A DNA stretch of 64,000 bases from Pseudothermotoga sp. (GTDB taxonomy: Bacteria; Thermotogota; Thermotogae; Thermotogales; DSM-5069), in NCBI GenBank assembly GCA_031962025.1, contig JAVRKW010000002.1, one strand, 5' to 3'. The notes under the pieces are model-generated. The model worked only from the letters and a program-made list of their open reading frames with translations. It did not search any database and was not told the origin of the DNA. A program made the translations under genes and the position numbers. Of this stretch, positions 12,244 to 21,070 are shown one piece after another (position 1 is the stretch's first letter; each line of letters begins with the position of its first letter).

Positions 12244-14048
12244 GAATTGCTATTTTTTGCTGTTAACTGTGACAGATAGGAGCCTGTGGCTTGCATTCTT
12301 GCAACAGCTTCCTCTAAGGCTGAGAATTTTGCCCACAGATCCTGCTCCTTTTTTTGTATTCTCTGGATCCAGTCTGCTAATTGCTGAGCAAGGACACGTT
12401 TTTCTCTGGCTATACTTCCATTCAGCCCCGCGACTGAGTCTATTTGTCCACCGTATTTTGTCACTTCTCTCATGTACTGCTGAATTTGTTGAGCCAGACC
12501 AAGTGAGCCTGTTTCAGTGTTACCAAAAAATGCCCAGACAGCCTCGGGATTTTCTTCTATCTTTTTTCTGAGCGTGTCTTGATCCAATTCGAGTTTTCCC
12601 ACAGTCATATTTTCATAACCGTATGAACCAGTACTTATGCCAAGCTCCCACAGATAATTGATTTGTCCTGGTATCTTCTTTGTGATGTATTCTCTCATCT
12701 TGTTGAATATGGTTCTGACAAAAGAATCGTTCTTCAAAATCCCCTGCATTTTTTCTTCATCGGTCATCTGGCTCTCTTCTTTGTTTTTCACAGTGTCTTC
12801 TGTGAGTTTGGTGTAGATGTAGTTCATAAGATTGTTCCAGTTGTTGACAAATTCTTTCACCTGATCGATAATTGCGTCGGTGTTGTTTGTGACACTTACA
12901 GTTTGTGTTGAAGATGAAATGTCTTTGACTGTGATACTCAAGCCGCTGTAGTTGAAGGTATTTGAAGAAGAATAAAGATCTGTCCAGTTCACACCGTCAC
13001 TGCTTATCTGTACATGTGCAGAGCTTCCAGCGTTAAAAACACCGATATCGAGTCCGAGCAACTGTCCAAGTCCTGTTGCATTATCGTCGATCGATATAGT
13101 GGTTGAACCCGTTGATTTGGATGTAAGAACGAGTTTATCTGAGCTTGCATCGTACCTTGCTGTGACGTTGGCATTACTGTTGTTTATTGCATCGATGAGC
13201 TGGGTCAAGGTGGTTGTGGTACTGAAAGATATACTCACATCGTTGATTTTTATTTCTCCATCGCTCAGGGTCAATCCGCGATAAGAAGCAAGATCAGACA
13301 GAGTTTTGTTTGCCGAGATGGATCCAACATGTGCTGTGCTCTGCATCGAGTAGGTCGAACCATTTTGAGTTATTGGTGCGTCTGATAGGTTGAAAACCTG
13401 CATAAATGTGCCCCTAACCTGTCTTATTGCAAATGATTCATTGCTCTGTATGTTCAGTTTTCCATCAGAGAATGTCACATTTCCAGAGCCAAAAACCGTC
13501 TGGAGCTTTGAGACTATATCATCGATAGTATCGGTGGTGCTTATCGAAATAGTGTATGTGCTTGAACCTTTCTGAATTTTTATTTCTGAATCGACCGGAG
13601 TATATCTGTAGACAAGACTTGAGAAAGTGGTTGAGCCGTCTGTGATCTGTGGACCAATAGTTCTGCCACTTGCCATGGAACTTTGCGTAGCTGTGGAGAG
13701 TACTTTGATGTAGTATGTTCCGTTTATCGCATTCGCATTGGCTGAAACTGTTAGAACCTGTGAGTCTGTCTGGACTTTTTTTGCTAAAAGTGAGGACTGG
13801 AGCTTGAAATTGCTTAAAAAGTTCATGAACTCTTCCAGCTTGTCATCCAGTTGCTGGTATGCTTTTTGCTTCAAATCTAACTGTTTGTATTTGGTATTCA
13901 GACTTTCTGCTTTCTGAACATCTGTGGACAATAGAGCATCTATGATAGAAGAAGTGTCAAGACCGGAAAATAATCCGCCAAACTGTATTTTGCTCGATGA
14001 GCTCTGGTATCTGTAGTTAATCGTGCTGGCAATTGAAGATAGATCCAT
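12240..14048 (-). CDS. fliD: Flagellar filament cap protein
   Basis: GLFSGLDTSSIIDAL N-terminus, LWELGIST...GKLELD and C-terminal FSALE motifs; downstream of flaG. Confidence 0.95.
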   Translation of the reverse strand: MDLSSIASTINYRYQSSSSKIQFGGLFSGLDTSSIIDALLSTDVQKAESLNTKYKQLDLKQKAYQQLDDKLEEFMNFLSNFKLQSSLLAKKVQTDSQVLTVSANANAINGTYYIKVLSTATQSSMASGRTIGPQITDGSTTFSSLVYRYTPVDSEIKIQKGSSTYTISISTTDTIDDIVSKLQTVFGSGNVTFSDGKLNIQSNESFAIRQVRGTFMQVFNLSDAPITQNGSTYSMQSTAHVGSISANKTLSDLASYRGLTLSDGEIKINDVSISFSTTTTLTQLIDAINNSNANVTARYDASSDKLVLTSKSTGSTTISIDDNATGLGQLLGLDIGVFNAGSSAHVQISSDGVNWTDLYSSSNTFNYSGLSITVKDISSSTQTVSVTNNTDAIIDQVKEFVNNWNNLMNYIYTKLTEDTVKNKEESQMTDEEKMQGILKNDSFVRTIFNKMREYITKKIPGQINYLWELGISTGSYGYENMTVGKLELDQDTLRKKIEENPEAVWAFFGNTETGSLGLAQQIQQYMREVTKYGGQIDSVAGLNGSIAREKRVLAQQLADWIQRIQKKEQDLWAKFSALEEAVARMQATGSYLSQLTAKNSNS

Positions 14049-14052
14049 ATCT

Positions 14053-14409
14053 TCACGCCCTTTCGTCGAACAGGACACCTATCAACTCCTGAAGGTTCTT
14101 GGCTATCCTCACGGCAACCTCCGGGGGAATCTGCCTTATGATTTCACCTGTCTCGGTGTTTTTGATCTTTATTATGATCATGTTCAAATCTCTGTCTATG
14201 GTGAACTGGGCTTCCGATTTGAGAAAGTTTTTGATCTTTTCAAAAGATTTCTTAATATTATCCAGTGTATCTTCTACATTGACATTTGACTGGTCATTCT
14301 GTTCCTGGTTGACGTGGTTTTCAAGACGCACAATATTAGACCTCTGTACAGAGGTTTTTTGGGTATTTTCAACATTACTTAAGATCCGGTCCGTCGGATC
14401 GATTCTCAT
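14053..14409 (-). CDS. flaG: Flagellar protein FlaG
   Basis: TGEIIRQIPPE motif; upstream of fliD. Confidence 0.93.
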   Translation of the reverse strand: MRIDPTDRILSNVENTQKTSVQRSNIVRLENHVNQEQNDQSNVNVEDTLDNIKKSFEKIKNFLKSEAQFTIDRDLNMIIIKIKNTETGEIIRQIPPEVAVRIAKNLQELIGVLFDERA

Positions 14410-14443
14410 CCTGTCACCCCCGAACATCCTTTTTCTATATTAT

Positions 14444-14470
14444 TAATCGTCCATACAGCTAAATCCTTTA
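14444..14470 (-). promoter_or_regulatory. Sigma-28 (FliA) promoter for flaG-fliD
   Basis: The minus strand reads TAAA-N15-GACGATTA, against the consensus TAAA-N15-GCCGATAA, in front of late flagellar genes. Confidence 0.75.
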
Positions 14471-14487
14471 ACAGATAGGTAAAAACC

Positions 14488-14496
14488 TGATATAAT
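14488..14496 (+). promoter_or_regulatory. Extended -10 promoter, probably giving a leaderless mRNA
   Basis: TGATATAAT lies 6 nt before the ATG at 14503, and there is no SD. Confidence 0.55.
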
Positions 14497-14502
14497 CAAA
14501 GC

Positions 14503-15762
14503 ATGAAGAAATTTGTGCTGATTCTGGTTGTTTTGCTGTTATCTACATACGCCTTTACAGCGGTGGGCTTGAAGATCTACATGACAGGTTCACAGGATAG
14601 CGGAAAACTCATTGACGATGTGGCAAAGTCATTGATTTCTCTGTTGCCTGCCGATGTGTATTTGCAATTGAGCATAGACGGTTCAATCACCTTTACATCA
14701 CCAGTTGAAGTTGAAAAGGAACAGTGGTATGAACTTTTTTTCAGCGCAACTTATGATGCCACCCAGGAAAGATTCAATGCTGTATGGATTGAAAACGACC
14801 AGCAAGTTTATTCGTGCTCTTATTCGAAAAAGGAACAAAGATTGTATTCGGAATTCATCAGGGAATGTTCGCACTATCCACTTGAGAAAGCGTCGCTGTG
14901 GCTTTTAAAGAATAACAGATTTGGCAGTTATCTGAGAGTCACGTATCATCCCTCTGTTGATGAGTATGCGAGTTTCAGCCCGGATGGAAAATACCTTGCT
15001 TTCATAACAGACAGACTGTCTGGAAACAGAAATATCGCGTTGCTTGATTTGATAGACGGTAAGATCAGTATTTTACCTGTATCCGGTAGCAGCGAATATT
15101 TTCCAAGATTTTCTCCTGATGGTAAAAGAATAGCCTTTCAGGGATCTTTGCATGGTTTTTGGAATATATACGTCATGCCATTGGAAAACTATTCCAAGAA
15201 CATCGTTTTGATTTCTGCCGGTACCAGTCCAGCTTACTGTCCAAACTGGTATGATGAAAACACCATTTTATACGTTCAGGACAGTGAAACTTCCAATGAA
15301 CTTTATCTGGCAACTCTTGCAAAGAAAAGAACGAAAGTGAGTTTACCAGTCAGGTTTGACATGGTTTTTTCGCCAGTGGCTTATAAAGGCACAATTTACT
15401 TTGTGGGACTAACAGATTCTGATTTTGGGATATACGCACTCACACCACAGGGAACTGTTGTCACGGTGGAGAACAGTTTTTTCAACGAACACGACCCGGC
15501 TATTTCGCCGGATGGAAGATACCTTGCCTATTCGTGTAACTCAACGGGATACTATACGATATGGGTCAAAGATCTACTGACCCAAGAAAAATGGTGCGTC
15601 ACAAAAGATATCCCGCACGATGCCTTTTATCCAGCTTTTTCGCCGGATGGAAAGTTGATCGCGTTCAGTGTCTATGAAGGCAGTTACGAGCCTGATATCT
15701 GGCTTGTCAGGTTCACGCCAGTTTCGTCAGACTCTCAAGCTGAATCTGCTCCTGGGCAGTGA
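14503..15762 (+). CDS. Secreted TolB-like (PD40-repeat) beta-propeller protein
   Basis: Signal peptide plus repeated PxFSPDGKxIAF motifs. Confidence 0.85.
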   Translation: MKKFVLILVVLLLSTYAFTAVGLKIYMTGSQDSGKLIDDVAKSLISLLPADVYLQLSIDGSITFTSPVEVEKEQWYELFFSATYDATQERFNAVWIENDQQVYSCSYSKKEQRLYSEFIRECSHYPLEKASLWLLKNNRFGSYLRVTYHPSVDEYASFSPDGKYLAFITDRLSGNRNIALLDLIDGKISILPVSGSSEYFPRFSPDGKRIAFQGSLHGFWNIYVMPLENYSKNIVLISAGTSPAYCPNWYDENTILYVQDSETSNELYLATLAKKRTKVSLPVRFDMVFSPVAYKGTIYFVGLTDSDFGIYALTPQGTVVTVENSFFNEHDPAISPDGRYLAYSCNSTGYYTIWVKDLLTQEKWCVTKDIPHDAFYPAFSPDGKLIAFSVYEGSYEPDIWLVRFTPVSSDSQAESAPGQ

Positions 15763-16171
15763 GCAGTTCTTTTGCGTTGAGTATGATCAAAAGATCGTGA
15801 TCGAGTTTGGCTATACCGAGCAGTATATTTGTCTTTGATTTGGTCACGTCTGTTGGTGGCTGCTCGATCTGTTTGTCTGTAATGGTGAGAACTTCGTGAA
15901 CCTGATCGACCAGCAATCCAACTTTTCTATCCTCCAGGTTGATGACGATGATCTTCGATGAAGGCTTTCTCTCGGTGTCCTTCAATTTGAATTTTTTCTT
16001 CAGATTTATGACTGGTATCACACTTCCTCTTAAGTTCATGATACCTTCGACATAATCTGCAGATTCTGGTATTTTGACGATTTTGCCCATCTCAACAATG
16101 CTGTCAACGTTCATGATGTCAAGTGCGAACTTTTCTTCGGAGAGCAAAAAGCTGACAACTTTCAGCTCCAT
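15713..16171 (-). CDS. cheW: Chemotaxis coupling protein CheW
   Basis: VEGIMNLRGSVIPVINL and VGLLVDQV motifs. Confidence 0.95.
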   Translation of the reverse strand: MELKVVSFLLSEEKFALDIMNVDSIVEMGKIVKIPESADYVEGIMNLRGSVIPVINLKKKFKLKDTERKPSSKIIVINLEDRKVGLLVDQVHEVLTITDKQIEQPPTDVTKSKTNILLGIAKLDHDLLIILNAKELLTAQEQIQLESLTKLA

Positions 16172-16181
16172 TTCAATCACC

Positions 16182-16595
16182 TCACTGTATTATCAAAAGT
16201 GTTTGTTGCGTTTCAACATTATCTCCTTCTTTTACAAGAATCTTTGCAACCTTTCCATCGTGTTCAGAGATAATATCATTTTCCATCTTCATCGCTTCAA
16301 GTACCAAGAGCTTCTGACCGCGGCTCACCTGTTGTCCTTCACTCACATGCAGTTTGATTATCAACCCGGACATCGGTGATTTCACTTCGATTCCACCCGC
16401 GGAAGTAGACGGTTTTGGTTGTTCTGGTTTTGGTTTTTCAACAGGTTTTTCTGCTGGTTTTTCAACGGGTTTCTCAACAGGTTTTTCAACAGGAGTATTC
16501 ACCGGTTGAAGAACCTGAGGAGTTGTTGAGCCAAGTTCTTCAACTTCGACGAAATATTCTTTTCCATTGACTACCACCCTGAACTTGCGCGCCAT
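16182..16595 (-). CDS. mmdC: Biotin carboxyl carrier (methylmalonyl-CoA decarboxylase gamma-like)
   Basis: EAMKM biotinylation site, VNGKEYFVEVEE N-terminus, Pro/Lys linker. Confidence 0.88.
   Translation of the reverse strand: MARKFRVVVNGKEYFVEVEELGSTTPQVLQPVNTPVEKPVEKPVEKPAEKPVEKPKPEQPKPSTSAGGIEVKSPMSGLIIKLHVSEGQQVSRGQKLLVLEAMKMENDIISEHDGKVAKILVKEGDNVETQQTLLIIQ
16432..16493. repeat. 12-bp tandem repeat (about 5 copies) encoding the PVEK/PAEK linker
   Basis: GGTTTTTCAACA-like units in tandem. Confidence 0.8.
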
Positions 16596-16915
16596 CCTCT
16601 CGCTCCTTTCCAGCCACTTTTTCTCCATGTCACTGTTCTATCCTCACCGTAATTCCTGCCGGGGTAAATATTCTTCACTACAACAGGTTTTTGTAAAACC
16701 TCACTGATCACCGCACTTATGATTGCGATATGGCTTTCATCTTGAGGATTTATATCTTCAACTGGTTCTGATTTTTCTTTGACTGGTGGTACATCCTGTT
16801 TTTTCGGCTTTTTTTGACCAAAAGCAGCTCCCATCAGGATGAAGATCAGGTATAGAATCACAAAGATCAGAAACACTGCTACGATACCTGTTATAACGAT
16901 CGAACCTATCGACAT
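16571..16915 (-). CDS. mmdD: OadG/MmdD-family decarboxylase membrane anchor subunit
   Basis: N-terminal TM (GIVAVFLIF), IAIISAVI segment, terminal WRKSG motif. Confidence 0.8.
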   Translation of the reverse strand: MSIGSIVITGIVAVFLIFVILYLIFILMGAAFGQKKPKKQDVPPVKEKSEPVEDINPQDESHIAIISAVISEVLQKPVVVKNIYPGRNYGEDRTVTWRKSGWKGARGWRASSGW

Positions 16916-16924
16916 CAGATCACC

Positions 16925-18472
16925 TCACAGAGGTATGTTACCATGTTTTTTCTTTGGATTGGACTTGACCTTTGTTTTGCAAATGTCAAGTGCCATGGCG
17001 ATCCATTCGCGGGTCTTTCTTGGGTCTATTACAGCATCTATGTAACCTCTCGATGCAGCAACGTATGGATTTGCAAAGGCATCCCGATACTGCTGTACCA
17101 GTTCTTTTCTTTTTTCTTCAGGATTAGGTGCACTTTCAATCTCTTTTCTGAAGATGATGTTCGCAGCACCTTCAGGTCCCATAACCGCTATTTCTGCTGT
17201 GGGCCAGGCGGCAACGAAATCAGCTTCCAGGTGCTTGCTACCCATGGCTATATAGGCTCCACCGTATGCCTTTCTCAGGATCACTGTTATCTTTGGTACA
17301 ACCGCTTCACTGTATGCGTACAGAAGTTTCGCACCGTGCCTTATGATTCCTCCGTGTTCCTGCTGAACTCCGGGTAGGTAACCGGGTGTGTCAACAAAGG
17401 TTACGATCGGAATGTTGAAGGCATCGAGAAATCTTATAAATCTTGCGGCTTTGTCTGAAGAGTCTATGTCCAGAGAGCCAGCTAGAACAGATGGTTGATT
17501 TGCGATCACTCCGACGCTTCTGCCGGCGATTCTCGCAAAGCCAACAACGATGTTTCTCGCGTAATGCCTGTGCACCTCAAAGAAACTGTCCTGATCCACC
17601 ACCATTTTTATCACATCTCTGACATCATACCCTTTATTGGGTTCAACGGGTACGATCGAAAGTATCTGATCGCTAACTGAAAGATCGTAATCTGCAGGTA
17701 CATATTCTGGCTCTTCCAGATTGTTCTGGGGTATATATGAAAGGAGTGTTTTGATCAAAGATGCCGCATCCTGCTCGTTTGCAGCCAGAAAATGTGCATT
17801 ACCGCTTTTTGTGTTGTGTACATAGGCGCCTCCAAGGTCTTCCTGGTTAATATCTTCGCCTGTAACTGCTTTTATCACATTGGGACCTGTTATGAACATC
17901 TTCGCACTTTTGTCTATCATGACAACAAAATCAGTTATGGCTGGTGAATAAACAGCACCACCCGCACAGGGTCCTGCGATGAGAGTTATCTGCGGTATCA
18001 AACCCGATGCGATTGTGTTTCTATAAAAAATGCCACCATAGCCGTACAGTGAATCCACACCTTCCTGAATTCTTGCGCCACCGGAATCGTTGATACCGAT
18101 AAGCGGTATACCGAGTTCCATTGCAAGGTCCATTATCTTCATTATCTTTTTTGCGTGCATTTCACCCAAGGAACCACCCATGACGGTGAAATCCTGAGAA
18201 AAGATTGCAACCGGTCTTTTGTTGATCTTGCCTATACCTGTTACAACACCATCACATGGCAGATCTTCTTTGTCCATTCCAAGGAGTGTGGATCTGTGCT
18301 TGACGAACTTGTCTGTTTCGACAAAGGAACCTTCGTCAACCAAAAGATTTATCCTTTCGCGCGCGGTGAGTTTACCCTGAGCGTGTTGCTTTTCTATTTT
18401 CTCAGCTCCACCGCCTTGCTCTATCTTTTCGTTCATCTGCTGTAGTTTTTCTATCAATTCGTCCATCTTCAT
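16925..18472 (-). CDS. mmdA: Acyl-CoA carboxyltransferase (methylmalonyl-CoA decarboxylase alpha / PccB-like)
   Basis: GKLTARERI, DSGGARIQEG, GPCAGGAVY, KKHGNIPL. Confidence 0.92.
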   Translation of the reverse strand: MKMDELIEKLQQMNEKIEQGGGAEKIEKQHAQGKLTARERINLLVDEGSFVETDKFVKHRSTLLGMDKEDLPCDGVVTGIGKINKRPVAIFSQDFTVMGGSLGEMHAKKIMKIMDLAMELGIPLIGINDSGGARIQEGVDSLYGYGGIFYRNTIASGLIPQITLIAGPCAGGAVYSPAITDFVVMIDKSAKMFITGPNVIKAVTGEDINQEDLGGAYVHNTKSGNAHFLAANEQDAASLIKTLLSYIPQNNLEEPEYVPADYDLSVSDQILSIVPVEPNKGYDVRDVIKMVVDQDSFFEVHRHYARNIVVGFARIAGRSVGVIANQPSVLAGSLDIDSSDKAARFIRFLDAFNIPIVTFVDTPGYLPGVQQEHGGIIRHGAKLLYAYSEAVVPKITVILRKAYGGAYIAMGSKHLEADFVAAWPTAEIAVMGPEGAANIIFRKEIESAPNPEEKRKELVQQYRDAFANPYVAASRGYIDAVIDPRKTREWIAMALDICKTKVKSNPKKKHGNIPL

Positions 18473-18478
18473 ACCCCC

Positions 18479-18886
18479 TCAATGATTACCTTCAACAAGT
18501 TCGATTAAAACTCCACCGGTCGTTTTCGGGTGCAGGAACAGAACCTTTGTACCGCCAGCACCGGGTTTTGGAGAATCCGAGAGCGGCTGAAGACCATTTT
18601 TCCTGGCAAGCTCTACCGCTTGATCAATTCCTTCGACGTTGAAAGCCACATGGTGGATTCCTTCGCCTTTTGTTTCAAGAAACTTGTTTATCTCTGATTG
18701 TTCATTCATTGGCTCGAGCAATTCTATTCTGCTCTCGCCAACTTTTATCATGTAAACCCTTATTCCTCTTGATGGAAGTTCTTCCACATGAACATCCTTC
18801 AAACCAAGAAAATTCTGATACAGTGAAAGTTTTTCAGAAGCATTTTTCACCGCAATACCCACATGGTCGATTTTTTTTGTAAACAC
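18479..18886 (-). CDS. mce: Methylmalonyl-CoA epimerase
   Basis: IDHVGIAV, GEGIHHVAF, FLHPKTTGGVLIELVE (VOC fold). Confidence 0.94.
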   Translation of the reverse strand: MFTKKIDHVGIAVKNASEKLSLYQNFLGLKDVHVEELPSRGIRVYMIKVGESRIELLEPMNEQSEINKFLETKGEGIHHVAFNVEGIDQAVELARKNGLQPLSDSPKPGAGGTKVLFLHPKTTGGVLIELVEGNH

Positions 18887-18933
18887 GTCGGCACCTCCCG
18901 GCTTGGAAAAAATCTGGGGCGTGAAGCCCCATG

Positions 18934-19167
18934 TTATGCCACTTTTTCTTTTTCAGATTCTGTTTTAGATTCGCTCGGTTTTGAGCCGTTTTTTCTGTTA
19001 TCCGTACAGTAAAATCCGCTTCCTTTGAAAACAATTCCCACTCTTGAAATCGCGCGTTTCATTTCTCCACCACAAGAATCACACTTGACAACGGGATTCT
19101 CGTTGATCGAGTGAAGAATCGTCTTTTGTGATCCACAGTTGTCACACACATATCTGTAAAACGGCAT
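18934..19167 (-). CDS. FmdB-family zinc ribbon protein
   Basis: MPFYRYVCDNCG...CDSCGG...FKGSGFY pattern. Confidence 0.9.
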   Translation of the reverse strand: MPFYRYVCDNCGSQKTILHSINENPVVKCDSCGGEMKRAISRVGIVFKGSGFYCTDNRKNGSKPSESKTESEKEKVA

Positions 19168-19245
19168 CCTGTCACCTCCCATGTCCGCTGGTGCTTTTAC
19201 AATTCATATCTTAACCTCAACAGGTTGCAAAACTGTTAAAAATGA

Positions 19246-20391
19246 TCAAAATGCGCGTTTGATTATCTGGTACAGGTCCTGTTCGCTGAGTTTTTTTGGT
19301 GATTTTACAACAACGCCTTTCATCGTTCTGTATGCAACCTGTGCTATTTTTTCAAGCTGTGCCTGTTCAAAACCAAGCGTTGAAAGTTTTTGGTTGAGAT
19401 TGAATCTGTTTTGAAATTCATAGAGTTTTTCGATGAAAAGTTTTGCAGCCTTTTTTACACTGTATTCTTCAACCCCAAAGATTTCCTTGGCAAGAACTGC
19501 AAGTCTTTCGTAGCAGTCATCGTACATGTACTCAAGTAGATGTGGACCTGTTATGCACAGCCCCAAGCCGTGTGGAAGCTGTGGATTGAACCCGCTCAAT
19601 CCGTGTTCTATGGCGTGGTTTGCAATCACACCGGTGACAGTTTCAGTGATACCGGCTTCTGTGCTTGCCCATGCAAGATTTGTGCGTGCGTAGATATCAT
19701 TGCCGTTCTCATAAGCACTCTGAAGGTTTGCAACGATCCTTTTCATGGAATCTACTGCCAGAGTGTCTGAATAGACATTTGCGTCTACATTGAGAAAAGC
19801 TTCCAGAGAGTGATAAAAAGCGTCCATAGATGTATAAGCTGTCTGGTCCTTTGGCAGAGTTGTCATCAGCGATGGATCAACTATCGAAATCTTCGGGAAG
19901 ATGACGCTGTAACCTATACCAACCTTTTCACTGGTCTGCGGGTTGGTTATAACGGCAAATGGGTCTGCTTCGGTACCGGTTCCGTGTGTTGTTGGTATTG
20001 CTATCACAGGTAGTGCTTTATCCGGTTTTTTTGTTACATATTCCCAGAACTTTCCACCCATCATCGCTGTTATGGCTATTGCTTTGGCTGAATCTATGGC
20101 ACTTCCTCCGCCAAGACCGACCACAAAATCTACTTTTTCTTTAATTGCGATCTGTGCAGCTTCATCGACATCGTCGCTCACCGGATTTGGTTGTACTCTG
20201 TCGAAAACAACTACGCCGATGTTTTTCTGTTCAAGCATTTTCACTACTCTATCCAGCAAACCGGTCTGTTTTGAGCTCTTTTTACCCGTGACGATCATTG
20301 CCTTTTTGCCAAGGTCTTTAACAGACGATGGGAGTTTTTCAAGAGCACCTTCACCAAAGAAGATCTTTGTTGGTAAAAAGATGTTGAACAT
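19246..20391 (-). CDS. Iron-containing alcohol dehydrogenase
   Basis: GLGGGSAID, PTTHGTGTE, metal ligands DAFYH, HAIEH and PHG. Confidence 0.93.
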   Translation of the reverse strand: MFNIFLPTKIFFGEGALEKLPSSVKDLGKKAMIVTGKKSSKQTGLLDRVVKMLEQKNIGVVVFDRVQPNPVSDDVDEAAQIAIKEKVDFVVGLGGGSAIDSAKAIAITAMMGGKFWEYVTKKPDKALPVIAIPTTHGTGTEADPFAVITNPQTSEKVGIGYSVIFPKISIVDPSLMTTLPKDQTAYTSMDAFYHSLEAFLNVDANVYSDTLAVDSMKRIVANLQSAYENGNDIYARTNLAWASTEAGITETVTGVIANHAIEHGLSGFNPQLPHGLGLCITGPHLLEYMYDDCYERLAVLAKEIFGVEEYSVKKAAKLFIEKLYEFQNRFNLNQKLSTLGFEQAQLEKIAQVAYRTMKGVVVKSPKKLSEQDLYQIIKRAF

Positions 20392-20402
20392 ACTATCACC
20401 CC

Positions 20403-20846
20403 CTATATCAGGATTAATCCTTTTTCGATATATGCCTTTGCAAGACAAAGCATCTGTCCCCAGCCAAAGGCACATCCAAAAGCTATGGAAAGTTCATTGA
20501 TATCAGCTATCAGGACTTTATCCTGTATCTTCACCCAGGTCCCCTTATCTTTATTGGCTTGAAAATTCACAGTCACGTGTGATCTGAAACCGTCTTCATA
20601 CTCATACCACCAGAATTCCCATGTTTTGTGCGGCTCAAGAATCATCGTGATGCCTCTGTCCTCTACTGTCTCGCCATCAGTCAATCGGATCCAGCGGAAA
20701 AATATCTTTCCACCCTCTTTGACCTCCATCTTCATCCCGTCTGTGAACCATGGATCCCAGCCGTTTGAATTGACAAAGACGTTCCATACAGCTTCAATTG
20801 GTGCGTTGAAATATTCTATGAACTCCATCTTTGGTATTTCGATCAA
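20403..20846 (-). CDS. SRPBCC/AHSA1-domain protein
   Basis: APIEAVW...WF and C-terminal GWGQML helix. Confidence 0.8.
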   Translation of the reverse strand: MIEIPKMEFIEYFNAPIEAVWNVFVNSNGWDPWFTDGMKMEVKEGGKIFFRWIRLTDGETVEDRGITMILEPHKTWEFWWYEYEDGFRSHVTVNFQANKDKGTWVKIQDKVLIADINELSIAFGCAFGWGQMLCLAKAYIEKGLILI

Positions 20847-20904
20847 CCCTCAATCACCTCAACTGTGTGATCTTCCAATATCAATTTTACATCACACAAA
20901 TTGA

Positions 20905-20991
20905 TTGTATATCTCTCAAAAATGTGGTATACTTAAAGAGAAATCTGGTATTTAAATATCCTCTTGACAAATTTTGTTTTTGTGGTATAAT
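20905..20991 (+). promoter_or_regulatory. Tandem sigma70-type promoters
   Basis: TTGTAT-17-TATACT (20905-20933) and TTGACA-16-TATAAT (20964-20991), both with a TG extended -10. Confidence 0.75.
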
Positions 20992-20997
20992 ATAAAT

Positions 20998-21027
20998 AAG
21001 CAGGGTTAAAACCCTGCTTTTTTGTTT
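20998..21027 (+). terminator. Intrinsic terminator-like hairpin in the nhaC leader
   Basis: AAGCAGGGTT-AA-AACCCTGCTT followed by TTTTGTTT. Confidence 0.65.
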
Positions 21028-21070
21028 ATACTTGTTTTTAGAGAAAAGCCAACCGGGGGAGGTGTATTCA

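Noticed and set aside
19246..20391. Iron alcohol dehydrogenase as the sulfolactaldehyde reductase of the SQ pathway
   Set aside because: It is more than 11 kb from the operon, has no operator copy that I could see, and shows no diagnostic evidence.
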